64,000 nucleotides of DNA from Ruminococcus sp. (GCA_017410265.1 JAFQRC010000010.1:27679-91678), one strand, 5' to 3'; positions 38,720-49,400 are shown, numbered from the stretch's first letter. Program-made: numbers and translations. Notes: a model not told the origin generated them from the sequence alone.

Positions 38720-41074
38720 TTACTTAACCATCCACAGTTCCTTAGCATACTGAAGGATTGTTCTGTCAGAGCTAAACTGTGAGCAGTGAGCAATATTCTG
38801 TAGACACTTTGTACCAAAGAGCATCTTGTCCTTGTAGTCCTTGTTAACCTGAAGCTTAGCTTCAACATACATCGGGAGATCGTAGAACAGGAAGTAGTGG
38901 TCAGCGATGTGCCAGTGTGTGCCGTTTACAAGACCGTTGTGGAGTTCAGCGAAGCTACCCTCACCCTGAGCACCATCGTCATCGAATGTGCCGTCAATAA
39001 GAGTGTCAACAACTCTCTTAAGCATTGGGTTAGTCATGTAGATAGCCTTTGGATCGTAACCGTTACGCTTGAGGTTTTCGATATCCTCAACTCTGCCGCC
39101 GAAGATGTACTCGTTCTCTTCGCCTGCAGCCTGAGTAATCTCAACATTAGCACCGTCGTAAGTACCGAGTGTTACAGCACCGTTGAACATGAACTTCATG
39201 TTACCTGTACCTGAAGCCTCTGTACCTGCTGTAGAAATCTGCTCTGAAACATCAGCAGCAACAACGATTTTCTCAGCGTAAGAAACATTGTAGTTAGAAA
39301 CGAAGATAACCTGGAGCTTGTCCTTTGTATCAGGGTCGTTGTTAACGAGCTCAGCGATTTCGTTGATGTACTTGATGATAGCCTTAGCTCTACGGTAACC
39401 AGGAGCAGCCTTAGCACCGAAGATGAAGCATGTCGGCTCAAAATCAGGCAACTTGCCGTCTTTAATCATAAAGTAAATCCACATGATAGAGAAAGCATTT
39501 AAGAGCTGACGCTTGTACTCGTGCAGACGCTTAACCTGTACATCGAAGATGAACTTAGGATTGATGTCCTTGCCTTCCATCTTCTTGACATAAGCAGCAA
39601 GCTGCTTTTTCTTTGTAGCTTTAATCTTACTGAATGCCTTTACAGCGTCCTTATCAATACACTGTGCGAGCTTATCAACCTTAGCCATATCTCTCTGCCA
39701 GCCGTCGCCAACTCTCTGTGTGATAAACTCAGAAAGCTCAGGGTTACAAAGGCCGAGCCATCTACGCTGAGTGATACCGTTTGTCTTGTTCTGGAAACGC
39801 TCAGGGTAAATCTTGTACCAGTCGTTAAGAACATCGTTCTTAAGAATCTCAGTGTGAATCCAAGCAACGCCGTTTACATATGAAGAGCCGTAGATAGCAA
39901 GTCTAGCCATATGAACTCTTTCGTCAGAAAGAATACACATATTACGAATAACATCGTCAGACATACCTCTGCCCTTGAAGTCGTTCCAAAGGCGCTCGTT
40001 AATAAGCTCGATGATGTGGTAAACCTCAGGAATAACATTTCTCATGAGGTAGATATCCCACTTCTCAAGAGCCTCAGCCATAACTGTGTGGTTAGTGTAA
40101 GCAAAAGTCTTCTGAGCAATCTGGAATGCTTCTTCAAATGAGATACCCTCTAAACCTAAAAGTCTGATAAGCTCAGGGATAGAGCAAACAGGGTGAGTAT
40201 CGTTGAGCTGAATAGCAGCGTGCTCACTAAAGTGTGAGAAGTCGTTGCCGTACTTAGCCTTGTATCTCTTGATGATATCCTGAAGTGAAGCTGAGCAGAA
40301 GAAGTACTGCTGCTTGAGTCTAAGCACCTTACCTTCGTAAGTGTTGTCGTTAGGATAAAGAACCTTAGAGATGTTCTCAGCGTCATTCTTAGATTTAACT
40401 GACTGGTCGTACTGACCGTTGTTGAACGCGATGAAGTCAAACTCTTCAACAGGCTCAGCCTGCCAGAGTCTAAGTGTGTTGATGTTCTTTGTGCCGTAGC
40501 CGATAATAGCCATATCGTAAGGCACAGCTACTACTGATGAGTCAGCGTACTTAACTGTAACTGCCTCGTCGAGTCTTCTAACGCACCATGGGTCCTCAAA
40601 CTTCTGCCAGTTGTCAGCAACCTCAACCTGATAGCCGTCTTCAATGAGCTGTTTGAAAAGACCGTACTTGTAACGGATTCCGTAGCCATCAAGTGGAACT
40701 TCCTGTGTAGCAGCTGAGTCAAGGAAGCAAGCAGCAAGACGACCAAGACCGCCGTTACCAAGCGCCATATCCTCAACATCTTCGAAAGCATTGATGTCCA
40801 TACCCTTGCTCTTGAGTAAAGCCTTAACATCGTCAAGCATACCTAAGCAGTAGAGGTTGTTGTACACCATTCTACCCATAAGGAATTCAGCAGAGAAGTA
40901 GTAAGCTCTTCTGTTTGAGCTGTGCTTTTTCTTACTCTTCTGCCAGTTGTCAGCGATTTCGCCCATGATAGCCTTACCAAGTACAAAGTGAAGCTGCTCC
41001 AAAGTTAACTCTTTAGGCTTTTTGCAGTACTCGCTCTGTGAAATAGTGGTAAGCTGTTCCATTGTAATACCCAT
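38720..41074 (-). CDS. glgP: Glycogen/starch/maltodextrin phosphorylase (GT35)
   Basis: LGNGGLGRLAACFLDS, QLNDTHP, AYTNHT, QVKRLHEYKRQ and PLP-lysine motif EASGTGNMK. Confidence 0.96.
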   Translation of the reverse strand: MGITMEQLTTISQSEYCKKPKELTLEQLHFVLGKAIMGEIADNWQKSKKKHSSNRRAYYFSAEFLMGRMVYNNLYCLGMLDDVKALLKSKGMDINAFEDVEDMALGNGGLGRLAACFLDSAATQEVPLDGYGIRYKYGLFKQLIEDGYQVEVADNWQKFEDPWCVRRLDEAVTVKYADSSVVAVPYDMAIIGYGTKNINTLRLWQAEPVEEFDFIAFNNGQYDQSVKSKNDAENISKVLYPNDNTYEGKVLRLKQQYFFCSASLQDIIKRYKAKYGNDFSHFSEHAAIQLNDTHPVCSIPELIRLLGLEGISFEEAFQIAQKTFAYTNHTVMAEALEKWDIYLMRNVIPEVYHIIELINERLWNDFKGRGMSDDVIRNMCILSDERVHMARLAIYGSSYVNGVAWIHTEILKNDVLNDWYKIYPERFQNKTNGITQRRWLGLCNPELSEFITQRVGDGWQRDMAKVDKLAQCIDKDAVKAFSKIKATKKKQLAAYVKKMEGKDINPKFIFDVQVKRLHEYKRQLLNAFSIMWIYFMIKDGKLPDFEPTCFIFGAKAAPGYRRAKAIIKYINEIAELVNNDPDTKDKLQVIFVSNYNVSYAEKIVVAADVSEQISTAGTEASGTGNMKFMFNGAVTLGTYDGANVEITQAAGEENEYIFGGRVEDIENLKRNGYDPKAIYMTNPMLKRVVDTLIDGTFDDDGAQGEGSFAELHNGLVNGTHWHIADHYFLFYDLPMYVEAKLQVNKDYKDKMLFGTKCLQNIAHCSQFSSDRTILQYAKELWMVK

Positions 41075-41075
41075 T

Positions 41076-42569
41076 TTAGTTCTCCTCCAGTCGTGAGTGT
41101 GTTTTAGCTAAATTATATAGTCTGTCTGATACTTCTTTAGTAAGCATCGTAGGATCTAATCTCCATGTCCAGTTTCCGCCTAAAGTTGACGGAATGTTGA
41201 TTCGAGCTTCTGAACCTAAGCCCAGAACATCCTGCATCTGAACGATACAGTAGTTAGCGATACTACTGTAGCAGGTTTCGATGAGTTTCCAGCAGAAATC
41301 GTCGCCGTCGTAGATATTGCAGTACTGCTTAGCAAAGTCGATTTCAGCCTGTGGAGCAGTCGAAAGCCAGCCGTTTACAGTATCGTTGTCGTGAGTTCCT
41401 GTGTATACAACACAGTTTTCTGTGTATCTGTGAGGTAAGAAGTCGTTGTCCCAACCATCGCCAAAGCCGAATGTGAGGACCTTCATGCCCGGATAACCTG
41501 AATCATTAAGAAGCTTAGTAACGCTGTCGAAAAGCTCGCCTAAGTCTTCCGCAACAATCGGAACATCTCCGAGTGCTTCTTTCATTTTATTGAAGAAGTC
41601 CATACCAGGGCCGATTTTCCACTCACCGCCGATAGCATTTTCAGCAGGATAAGGGATAGCGTAATATGTGTCGAAAGCTCTGAAATGGTCGATTCTTGTG
41701 ATGTCGAAAAGCTTGGATGCAGCTTCAACACGCTTAATCCACCACTCATAGCCTGTGCTCTTTAGGTATTCCCAGTCGTACAGCGGGTTACCCCAGAGCT
41801 GACCTGTTTCAGAGAAATAATCAGGAGGACATCCCGCTACACAAACAGGCTCTCTGTTTTCATCAAGCCAGAAAACCTCAGGGTTAGCCCAGGTGTCAGC
41901 GCTGTCGAGCGCAACATAGATAGGCATATCGCCTAAAATCTCGATGCCAAGTGAGTTTACATAAGCTCTGAAATCCTCCCACTGGGTGTAGAATTCAAAC
42001 TGAACCCACTTCCAGAAGTCAATTTCGTCTTTATATTTACGCTCGTACTTTTTGACAGCTGCTTCTTCTCTTAACTTGATAGCTTCGTCAGGCCACTGTG
42101 TCCAAGCCTGCATGTCAAAGCCTTTCTTGACAGCCATGTAAAGAGCGTAGTCCTTAATCCAAGCGGCATTCTTGCGCTTGAAGGAATTGAACGCTTTTTG
42201 CTCTTCGTTTTCTTTGAAATTCTTGTACGCAATATGCAGTACCTCAAAACGGCTGTTGTAGATTTTCTCGTAATCGATGTAACCGTTGTCACTGCCCCAG
42301 TCGTACTTTGAAATATCCGACTTCTTCAGAAGCTTTTGCTCAACAAGTGTATCCAGGTCAATCATATAAGGGTTACCTGCGTAGGTAGAGAAAGACTGGT
42401 ACGGTGAATCACCGTAGCTGGTCGGACCTACAGGCAGGATCTGCCAGATCTTCTGACCTGAAGCTTTCAGAAAGTCGGCGAATTTTCTTGCTTCTTTTCC
42501 GATAGTACCAATTCCGTAAGGTGAACTAAGGGAAGTAATTGGCATGAGTATTCCGGCAACTCTGGCCAT
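41076..42569 (-). CDS. malQ: 4-alpha-glucanotransferase (amylomaltase, GH77)
   Basis: WQILPVGPT..GDSPYQS, GDMPIYV, GQLWGNPLYDW, RIDHFR, AEDLG and YTGTHDN motifs; start moved to ATG 42569. Confidence 0.96.
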   Translation of the reverse strand: MARVAGILMPITSLSSPYGIGTIGKEARKFADFLKASGQKIWQILPVGPTSYGDSPYQSFSTYAGNPYMIDLDTLVEQKLLKKSDISKYDWGSDNGYIDYEKIYNSRFEVLHIAYKNFKENEEQKAFNSFKRKNAAWIKDYALYMAVKKGFDMQAWTQWPDEAIKLREEAAVKKYERKYKDEIDFWKWVQFEFYTQWEDFRAYVNSLGIEILGDMPIYVALDSADTWANPEVFWLDENREPVCVAGCPPDYFSETGQLWGNPLYDWEYLKSTGYEWWIKRVEAASKLFDITRIDHFRAFDTYYAIPYPAENAIGGEWKIGPGMDFFNKMKEALGDVPIVAEDLGELFDSVTKLLNDSGYPGMKVLTFGFGDGWDNDFLPHRYTENCVVYTGTHDNDTVNGWLSTAPQAEIDFAKQYCNIYDGDDFCWKLIETCYSSIANYCIVQMQDVLGLGSEARINIPSTLGGNWTWRLDPTMLTKEVSDRLYNLAKTHSRLEEN

Positions 42570-42620
42570 AAAATCAACTCCTGTCATTTTTATTTTAAAA
42601 AAATTTTAAAAAGTTACAGA

Positions 42621-42642
42621 TGTTCTACCCCAAGGTAAAACA
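42621..42642. promoter_or_regulatory. Palindromic operator candidate for malQ-glgP
   Basis: TGTTCTACC-CCAA-GGTAAAACA (9-4-9, one mismatch) just downstream of the -10 region at ~42650-42658. Confidence 0.5.
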
Positions 42643-42690
42643 TACAGCATTATAATACCATATAAAGGTACAAAAGACAATACTTTTTTA

Positions 42691-43227
42691 CTATATTTCC
42701 TCAATTTCGTGCAAAGCGTAATATAGCGCACAGCAGGCGGCGAGCTTTCTGATTTGGGAACGATTTGGCTCTCTGCCCTGAGCTAACATCACCTTGTGGG
42801 AAATCAGCCCTTTTTCTGTGCTGACACCAATGTAAACCAGACCGACGGGCTTATACTGTGAACCACCCATAGGGCCGGCAATTCCTGTGGTTGAAATTCC
42901 GATATCCGCCCCGCTTAAAAGCCTGACTCCGCGCGCCATTTCCTGAGCAGTTTTGTCAGACACCGCACCGTAGGTCGAAAGAGTTTCTTCCTTTACGCCT
43001 AAGAGCTTGTTTTTTATGTGATTAGCGTAGGTGCACACACCGCAGTCAAAAACCGATGACGAACCGCTGATATCGGTTATCATTTTTGAAATTAGCCCGC
43101 CCGTACAGCTCTCGGCAGTCGCGATTTTGAGTCCTTTTTTCGAAAGCGCCTCTACCAAAAGTGCAGAGAGCTCATCGATATTTATATTCTCTTTTTCTAA
43201 AAGCTCTAAAAATTCCTGTGCTTTCAT
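42691..43227 (-). CDS. CinA C-terminal-domain protein (NMN deamidase, PncC-like)
   Basis: ATAESCTGG, GSSSVF, GAVS...MARG and STTGIAGP motifs. Confidence 0.9.
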   Translation of the reverse strand: MKAQEFLELLEKENINIDELSALLVEALSKKGLKIATAESCTGGLISKMITDISGSSSVFDCGVCTYANHIKNKLLGVKEETLSTYGAVSDKTAQEMARGVRLLSGADIGISTTGIAGPMGGSQYKPVGLVYIGVSTEKGLISHKVMLAQGREPNRSQIRKLAACCALYYALHEIEEI

Positions 43228-43266
43228 ATTCTTCTCCTTATCTATTATAGATGACTACGCTCGCAA

Positions 43267-43290
43267 GACGGCACAGAGACCGTCCCCTAC
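43267..43290 (-). repeat. GTAG-type REP (variant)
   Basis: GACGGCACAGAGACCGTCCCCTAC: hairpin ending in CCCCTAC. Confidence 0.7.
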
Positions 43291-43390
43291 AAAACTTGTT
43301 TACAAACTCATATTACCAAATATCTGAAATTATTGCAATTACTGACGCAATCTGTTATTATTTTTTTAACATTTACATTGGAGAATACAT

Positions 43391-44116
43391 ATGGCATGGT
43401 TTTTCACACCCGTGATAACGGGCGATAAATTTGAAATAACAGGCGAGGACGCTAAACATATCTCAAAATCACTGAGAATGAAAGTGGGTGAAGAGCTCAC
43501 GCTGTGCACTCTCGACGGCAGACGACACGACTGTATTATAGAGTCTTTCCCCACTGACAGCGTTATCGTAAAGATACTCAGCTGTACCCTATGTGAGCAG
43601 GAGCCGAGCGTGAAAATCACGCTTTTTATGGCGCTGACAAAGGGCGACAAAATGGACGATATTGTTCAAAAATCAGTGGAGCTGGGTGTGCACGAAATTG
43701 TGCCCGTGCTGACCTCCCGATGCATCTCCCGTCCTGATGAAAAGCAGATGAAAAAGAAGGTTTCTCGGTGGCAGAAAATCGCCGAAAATGCGGCGAGTCA
43801 ATCGCGTCGCGGTATCATTCCCGCTGTCACAGATGTGCTCACATTAAAAAAAGCCGCTGTAAAGTGCAAAGACTGTGAGTGCTCAATCGTTTTCTACGAA
43901 TGTGGCGGAGAAAAGCTCAGGGATATAGTGAGCGAAAACACTAAAACACTTTCTATGTTTGTCGGCCCTGAGGGCGGATTCGAAGAAAGTGAAATAAAAC
44001 TGCTCAAAGAAAACGGGGTTATCCCGACTACTCTGGGAGCACGAATCCTGCGCGCTCAGACAGCACCGCTCGCGGGTATCACAGCAGTGATGTATCAGAC
44101 TAAAAATTTAGAATAA
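43391..44116 (+). CDS. rsmE: 16S rRNA m3U1498 methyltransferase
   Basis: HISKSLRM, KSVELGV, AASQSRR and VGPEGGF...LGARILRAQTAP motifs. Confidence 0.95.
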   Translation: MAWFFTPVITGDKFEITGEDAKHISKSLRMKVGEELTLCTLDGRRHDCIIESFPTDSVIVKILSCTLCEQEPSVKITLFMALTKGDKMDDIVQKSVELGVHEIVPVLTSRCISRPDEKQMKKKVSRWQKIAENAASQSRRGIIPAVTDVLTLKKAAVKCKDCECSIVFYECGGEKLRDIVSENTKTLSMFVGPEGGFEESEIKLLKENGVIPTTLGARILRAQTAPLAGITAVMYQTKNLE

Positions 44117-44136
44117 CATAGATTTGGAGATTTACT

Positions 44137-44832
44137 ATGATTGGTATTATTTGTGCGCTCTCGATTGAGGTCGAGGGAATCGCTAAACTGCTCGACAATA
44201 AAAAGGAAGAAACTTTTGCTAAGATGAAGTACATCTACGGTACTGTAAACGGCAAAGAAGTCGTTATGACCGAGTGCGGTATCGGCAAGGTAAACGCCGC
44301 TATGAGCACCCAGATTATGATTGATAAATTCTCCCCTGATGTAATCATCAATTCAGGTATCGCAGGCTCGATTTCAAGAGAGCTTAAAATCGGCGATATC
44401 GTTATTTCAAAAGACTGTGTTCAACACGATTTCGACGGCACTCAGATGGGCGACCCGAAAGGTCTTATCCAGTACAATGACGAAACAAGAATCGACATTC
44501 CTGTAAGCCACGATGTTGCGCAGAAGCTTTATGACGCGTGCAAGGATTTAGAAAACACAAATGTAATGCTTGGTCGAATCGCAACAGGCGATATCTTCGT
44601 CGCAGAAAAAGCTATGCGCAGTGCTATTGCGAGTGAATTTTCAGCCCTCGCGTGCGAAATGGAGGGTGGGTCTGTCGCTCAGGTGTGCTACCGAAACGGT
44701 GTGCCTTGTGCTATACTGCGCTGTATCTCTGATGATTTTGATGAAAACCAGTTTATGGACTTCATGGAATTTCGTACTTTAGCTGCTGACAAATCTATTT
44801 CTGCTATCAAGAATTTCCTGAAGCTTATCTGA
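44137..44832 (+). CDS. mtnN: 5'-methylthioadenosine/S-adenosylhomocysteine nucleosidase
   Basis: GIGKVNAA, NSGIAG, TGDIF, CEMEGGSVAQ and LRCISD motifs. Confidence 0.95.
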   Translation: MIGIICALSIEVEGIAKLLDNKKEETFAKMKYIYGTVNGKEVVMTECGIGKVNAAMSTQIMIDKFSPDVIINSGIAGSISRELKIGDIVISKDCVQHDFDGTQMGDPKGLIQYNDETRIDIPVSHDVAQKLYDACKDLENTNVMLGRIATGDIFVAEKAMRSAIASEFSALACEMEGGSVAQVCYRNGVPCAILRCISDDFDENQFMDFMEFRTLAADKSISAIKNFLKLI

Positions 44833-45213
44833 TTTTTCAATCGGTACGAACGAAAGCCTCACCACACTGCCCTGAGCGTGAAAATAAATCGTGCACAGCT
44901 TAAACCATCTATGCAGAAAGCTCTCGTGGATAGTGATAGTGCTGATTTTATCGATATATATAAGGTGCCTTCTTTTGAAGAGGGCGCCTTTTTTTATTAT
45001 TATCACACCATCGGAAATGAAATACCGATAGTGCCTGAAAAACAGCACGATGTAGACATACGACCCGACAGCACCCGCTATGAAAAGCGACACCAAAATC
45101 ACGATGAAATCCTCTCTGTCAAAGCCGAAAAATGCAGCCGATGTCTGCGCAAGCGTCGCCGCCGCTCCGTAAATTCCGACCACAGCTTTAGCTTTACTCG
45201 GCAGTTCTTCCAT
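44779..45213 (-). CDS. Bacterial PH-domain membrane protein (YdbS-like)
   Basis: Two TM helices then YRYFISDGVIIIKKGALFKRRHLI...KISTITIHESFLHRWF; start uncertain (ATG 45213 chosen); 54-bp convergent overlap with mtnN. Confidence 0.7.
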   Translation of the reverse strand: MEELPSKAKAVVGIYGAAATLAQTSAAFFGFDREDFIVILVSLFIAGAVGSYVYIVLFFRHYRYFISDGVIIIKKGALFKRRHLIYIDKISTITIHESFLHRWFKLCTIYFHAQGSVVRLSFVPIEKSDKLQEILDSRNRFVSS

Positions 45214-45321
45214 AACATCACCCAAAGCTATTATTGGCAAAAAAGCGCCCGCTAGTCCTGCATTTTTTACGAGAGGGCACACAGCCCCCAACAATACAAC
45301 ATCAGCGTTTGTATAACATTT

Positions 45322-45398
45322 GTAGGGGAGGGTTTCCACGCCCTCCCGAAAACAGAAATGCGTATATTATGCGGGAGTCCACAAAGGGACTCCCCTAC
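45322..45398. repeat. Inverted REP pair (BIME-like)
   Basis: GTAGGGGAGGGTTTCCACGCCCTCCC (+) facing GGGAGTCCACAAAGGGACTCCCCTAC (-). Confidence 0.8.
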
Positions 45399-45424
45399 AA
45401 TTAAAACATATAGGATGATGTATA

Positions 45425-45630
45425 AAAAAGGCTCCCTCTGATTGAGGGAGCTGTTGAGCGTTAGCGAAACTGAGAAAGAGAAAAGGCTCCCTTGAGTAAA
45501 GGGAGCTGTCACAAGGTGCGAGTGACTGAGGGATTGTTTTATTCACGCGTTTATGTTCATAGAACCTTTCCTTTTGACAATCCTTCCACCGCTATTCGCG
45601 GTCCCCCTCCTTTGCACAAGGAGGGCTTTT
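45425..45630. repeat. Second repeat family (GGCTCCC...GGGAGCTG...ACTGAG / CAATCC...CCCTCC...GGAGGG), MITE-like
   Basis: Two tandem left-end copies (45425-45474, 45481-45536) and one right-end copy (45577-45630); GGGATTG at 45530 pairs with CAATCCT at 45578. Confidence 0.65.
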
Positions 45631-45641
45631 ATCGGTCCTTT

Positions 45642-45670
45642 GCACGCGGACGATTGATAATCGCCCCTAC
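45642..45670 (-). repeat. GTAG-type REP overlapping the TetR stop codon
   Basis: GCACGCGGACGATTGATAATCGCCCCTAC; the TAG of GTAG is the stop at 45667-45669. Confidence 0.8.
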
Positions 45671-46251
45671 AATTTTTCTTTTTTGCCGAACTCTATCATC
45701 TTGTCGATGATGCCCTGGCACAAAACATGGTAGCTATGGACAGCGTCGACAGAAAGATGGTCAAACACTCCTAGCGCATCAAGAGTCGCAAAGCCGTGTG
45801 TAATAACTCGCATAGCGACATACAAATGGTCCATTGTAGCTTTATCTTCGATTCCATATATTTTAAGAATCATATAAATCGGCGCAGTAAATATCTCACG
45901 CGACTGAGCAAACTCAGGGTCATAAATCATATCTTCATCAATCATAAGATAGTAAAGATGCCTATGCTCCTTCAAAAACACTCTGAACGCATCTGCGGAT
46001 TTCAGAGTGACTTCTTCCAAAGGAACTCCTTTTACATACTCCTCGACATGGTCCACATACGCCTTGGCAGCAAGCTTTGCTACCTCTAAAAGAATATCAT
46101 GTTCATTTTTTATATGATTGTACAAGGAAGACGCCTGACAACCCAAGTTAGCAGCCAATGAACGCACAGAAAATTTATCCAGTCCATCTTCGTCAACCAT
46201 CCCAAAAGCAGTTGATATAATCAGTTCTCTTGATAAAGCTTTCTTAGCCAT
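45667..46251 (-). CDS. TetR/AcrR family transcriptional regulator
   Basis: GLDKFSVRSLAANLGCQASSLYNHIKN HTH; C-terminal THGFATL; start ATG 46251; promoter TTGACA-17-TAAACT at 46315-46343. Confidence 0.92.
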   Translation of the reverse strand: MAKKALSRELIISTAFGMVDEDGLDKFSVRSLAANLGCQASSLYNHIKNEHDILLEVAKLAAKAYVDHVEEYVKGVPLEEVTLKSADAFRVFLKEHRHLYYLMIDEDMIYDPEFAQSREIFTAPIYMILKIYGIEDKATMDHLYVAMRVITHGFATLDALGVFDHLSVDAVHSYHVLCQGIIDKMIEFGKKEKL

Positions 46252-46386
46252 TAAATCACCACGAATCTGTTGCTGTTTCAAGACACAGCAACGCATTTAT
46301 TAGATACTATATGTAGTTTAGAACCTACAGCGACCATTGTCAATAATTACCTGTATTTTTCTTAGAAATCACAACTGTTTTCATAC

Positions 46387-46415
46387 AAAAAGCGGGAGCG
46401 TACGGCCCCCGCTTT
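46387..46415 (-). terminator. Intrinsic terminator of CotH gene 1
   Basis: AAAGCGGGAGC-GTACG-GCCCCCGCTTT. Confidence 0.8.
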
Positions 46416-46430
46416 AGTGCGTTTATTAAT

Positions 46431-49400
46431 TTAGACTCCGTTTGCTAAGTAAACCTGAACATTTGTTGCATCCATAATAGATGTTGTTGAGTCAAGGTCA
46501 AAGTCAGAAAGAGCAGTTGCAGTATCTGAAAGCTCTGTCTTTCCAACCAGTGCAAGCTGGATAGTTGTTGAGTCTAATACAGAAACTGTGTTGTCCTCAT
46601 CAGCATCACCCATCTTGTAGATAACACCGTTGAGTGATGTTGTAGCAACGCCAGCATCTGTAGCCTCGTTGTAAACCATATGAGTTGAAGACTTAGTAAA
46701 GTTTCTTACATACTCATCTGCTTCTGTGAGGTCTACTACAACAGAACCGCTGTTCATATTATCTACAGCGAAGTAGTATTCTTTTTCAGATACTACGCTG
46801 GAGATTGTTGTAGTTGCACGCATTGAGTAATCGTTTGTGAACAAGAGTGTAGCGCCTTCACCTTCTTTAACGCTTACAGTAGCCTCATACCAGTAGTACT
46901 GCTGAGTACCTGTCTTATTCTTACCGATAGCGTCGCCACTCTGAGTCATAGTGCACTCTGTGCCGTTTACTGTAACTTTTGGTACATAACGTGAAGAACT
47001 GGATGACTTGAACTTAACTGTGAAGTTAACATCAGGAGCGATGTATCCGTACTCAAATTCCTGTGTATCTGATTTACCTGTAACAGAAGGATCAGCAGTT
47101 GGGAATACTACGATGTAGATTTCGCTCTTTGCACCTTCTTCAAGAGTAACAGCAGCTTCATCTGCAAATGTGAATGTTTTGTACGCATTACCGTCTACAT
47201 AAACTGTGAAGCTTACATCAGCACCGTCAAGTGCCACACCGTCAAGAGTAACAGTAGCAGATGGTTTGATAGAAACCACAGCGTCACTCTGAGATGCTGT
47301 GAATGTTACATCCTCTACGGTATATGAAACTAAAAGTTCCTCGTTGTAGAGGCCACCGCCAGTTGAACTACTCATGTAGTTACGACGGGTCTTGAGCCAG
47401 TCGTTTAAGTAGTAGACAGTGTTAGCGTAGCACTTAGAAGCACTGCCCGATGTACCTGTGTTACCTACCATGAAGTCACATGAGTATGGTTCGTAGTCAG
47501 AAGTAACCTTTGTACCCCAATCATCACCAGTGAAAGTATATGAACCCCAGCGAGCGTTGTTCATATCTACAGCTGATTCAAACGCAGGCATCCAAGTGTC
47601 GATGATGACACCCTCGTCATTTTCATCGTCTTTGATGTAATTGAAGAGCAGACCGGACATCTGGTTAGTCCAGATACGCTGACACTCTGTCCAGAACGCG
47701 TCGTTGTGTGCAAGCTTAGCCTGGAGGTTATAGTTGCTTTCTTTTGTATAGTCATCAGAGTCAGTTTGCAAAGCCTTTTGCTTAACAAACATCTGTGTAT
47801 TAGGACTGGACATGTTAACACTGTTTTCAACAGAAGAACCGTTGTAGATAAACTTGAGGTCCTTAGCGTAAGCACCGAATGCCCAGTCGTAGTCCCATAC
47901 AGGACCTGCAACGAGAATACTCTCACCGTTTCTGAACTCGTTGTGGATATAGTAAGATGTTGCACAAGAGTCTAGGTTCATAGAAAGCTCCTGAATGAGG
48001 TACATCTTAGCAAATGACTCAACGTCGATAAGCTGACCGATTTCGTTGAGGTCTTCCTCACCGCTTGCGTAAACAGCCTGCTCCATAGTAGCGTACTGAG
48101 TAATAATCCATTTCATTTCTTCCTGTGTAGCAAACTCAGGATATTTAACAACTACTGCCTGACCCTTAGGGGTTACAAACCATGAAGCCTCAGCCTCGTA
48201 TCTGTTAAAGAGCTCGTGCTCGAGGAGATAGTTGTACTCAGTATCAAAGTCTTCAGGTGAATTGAAAGGAAGGTCGTTAACAGCTGCAACAACATTACCG
48301 TTTTCATCTTTATATTCAGGACGATCGTATGTAGCGTAGTATTTATAATTATATGTCTGACCGCCTACTGTCATAGTAGTTTCAGTACCATCGTCAAGGT
48401 CATCTGTATCGAACTCATAGAGGAATTCTTCGTCATCAGGGTCAGTGCCAGGAACGAAAACAGAGTTAGCGAGCACATTACCGTCGTCGAGGTTGTTCAT
48501 ATCATTCATAAGTGTTGATCCGCCGTACTCGACCTTTTCTGTGATTACATAAGCACCGAGGTACTTACCGTTATCATATGCGTCAACGAGGAGAGTCTCA
48601 GGACCATAGCTAAGACCTAAGTCATCAGCGAGCTGATATGCAAAGGTGTTACGCATCATTGAGTGGTCAACGTTGTTAGCAAGTAAGCACCACTTCTTTG
48701 ATTCTGTTGAACCTTCGATAAGGTCATCTTTCTTGTCGAGGTTGAAGTTGTAGGCATACTTACCATAGATTCTCATAGAAGCCTCAAACGAAGAGTTACC
48801 TCTACCCTTGATCTTCTTGAGTGTTGTTCCGCCTGATTTATTGTTTACAAGATCACCGTTTGGCTTAAAGAGATAAATTGAACCCTTTGTTTCAATTGCG
48901 TCCTTATAGACACCGTTGTAGTTAGTTGATGTTATACCACTGCCACTTGGCCAAGCGTTTGAGCCCTGAAGACCTGCTGTTGTGCCTGTGAAGAGCTCTT
49001 CTTTAGTGGTCATAAGCAGGGCAGATGTGCCTGTTGTCTGGTAAATATTAATGTCTGGCTTATTTGTAATTGTAGAGCCGTCTTTGAACCAGAATGTTTT
49101 TGTTCCTGTTGAAAGGTTAGCTTTGCTACCGCTTGCATATTCAGTACCGCCGATAACAACCTTTTCGTGGTCTGTATATACTGTAACATTAGACAAATCT
49201 ACATAAGATGGAACGAAGAGGTCAAAAGTAGTACCGTTGTAGTATACTTTTACAGCATGCTCTGGGTTACCCTCGCCCTTTGTATCAATCCAAAGGTCGT
49301 CCCAGAAGTTTTCTATATCATCAGGGTCAGCAGCGTTTACTGTAGAAGCTGCCTGCCATGAGCCTGCGCCAGTATTTGTAGCCTTGTAAACAGTGTTAGT

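Noticed and set aside
45258-45289. preQ1-I-like pseudoknot (GC stem plus A-tract) upstream of the PH-domain gene
   Set aside because: The loop is too short and lacks the ligand-pairing C; the downstream gene is not queuosine-related.
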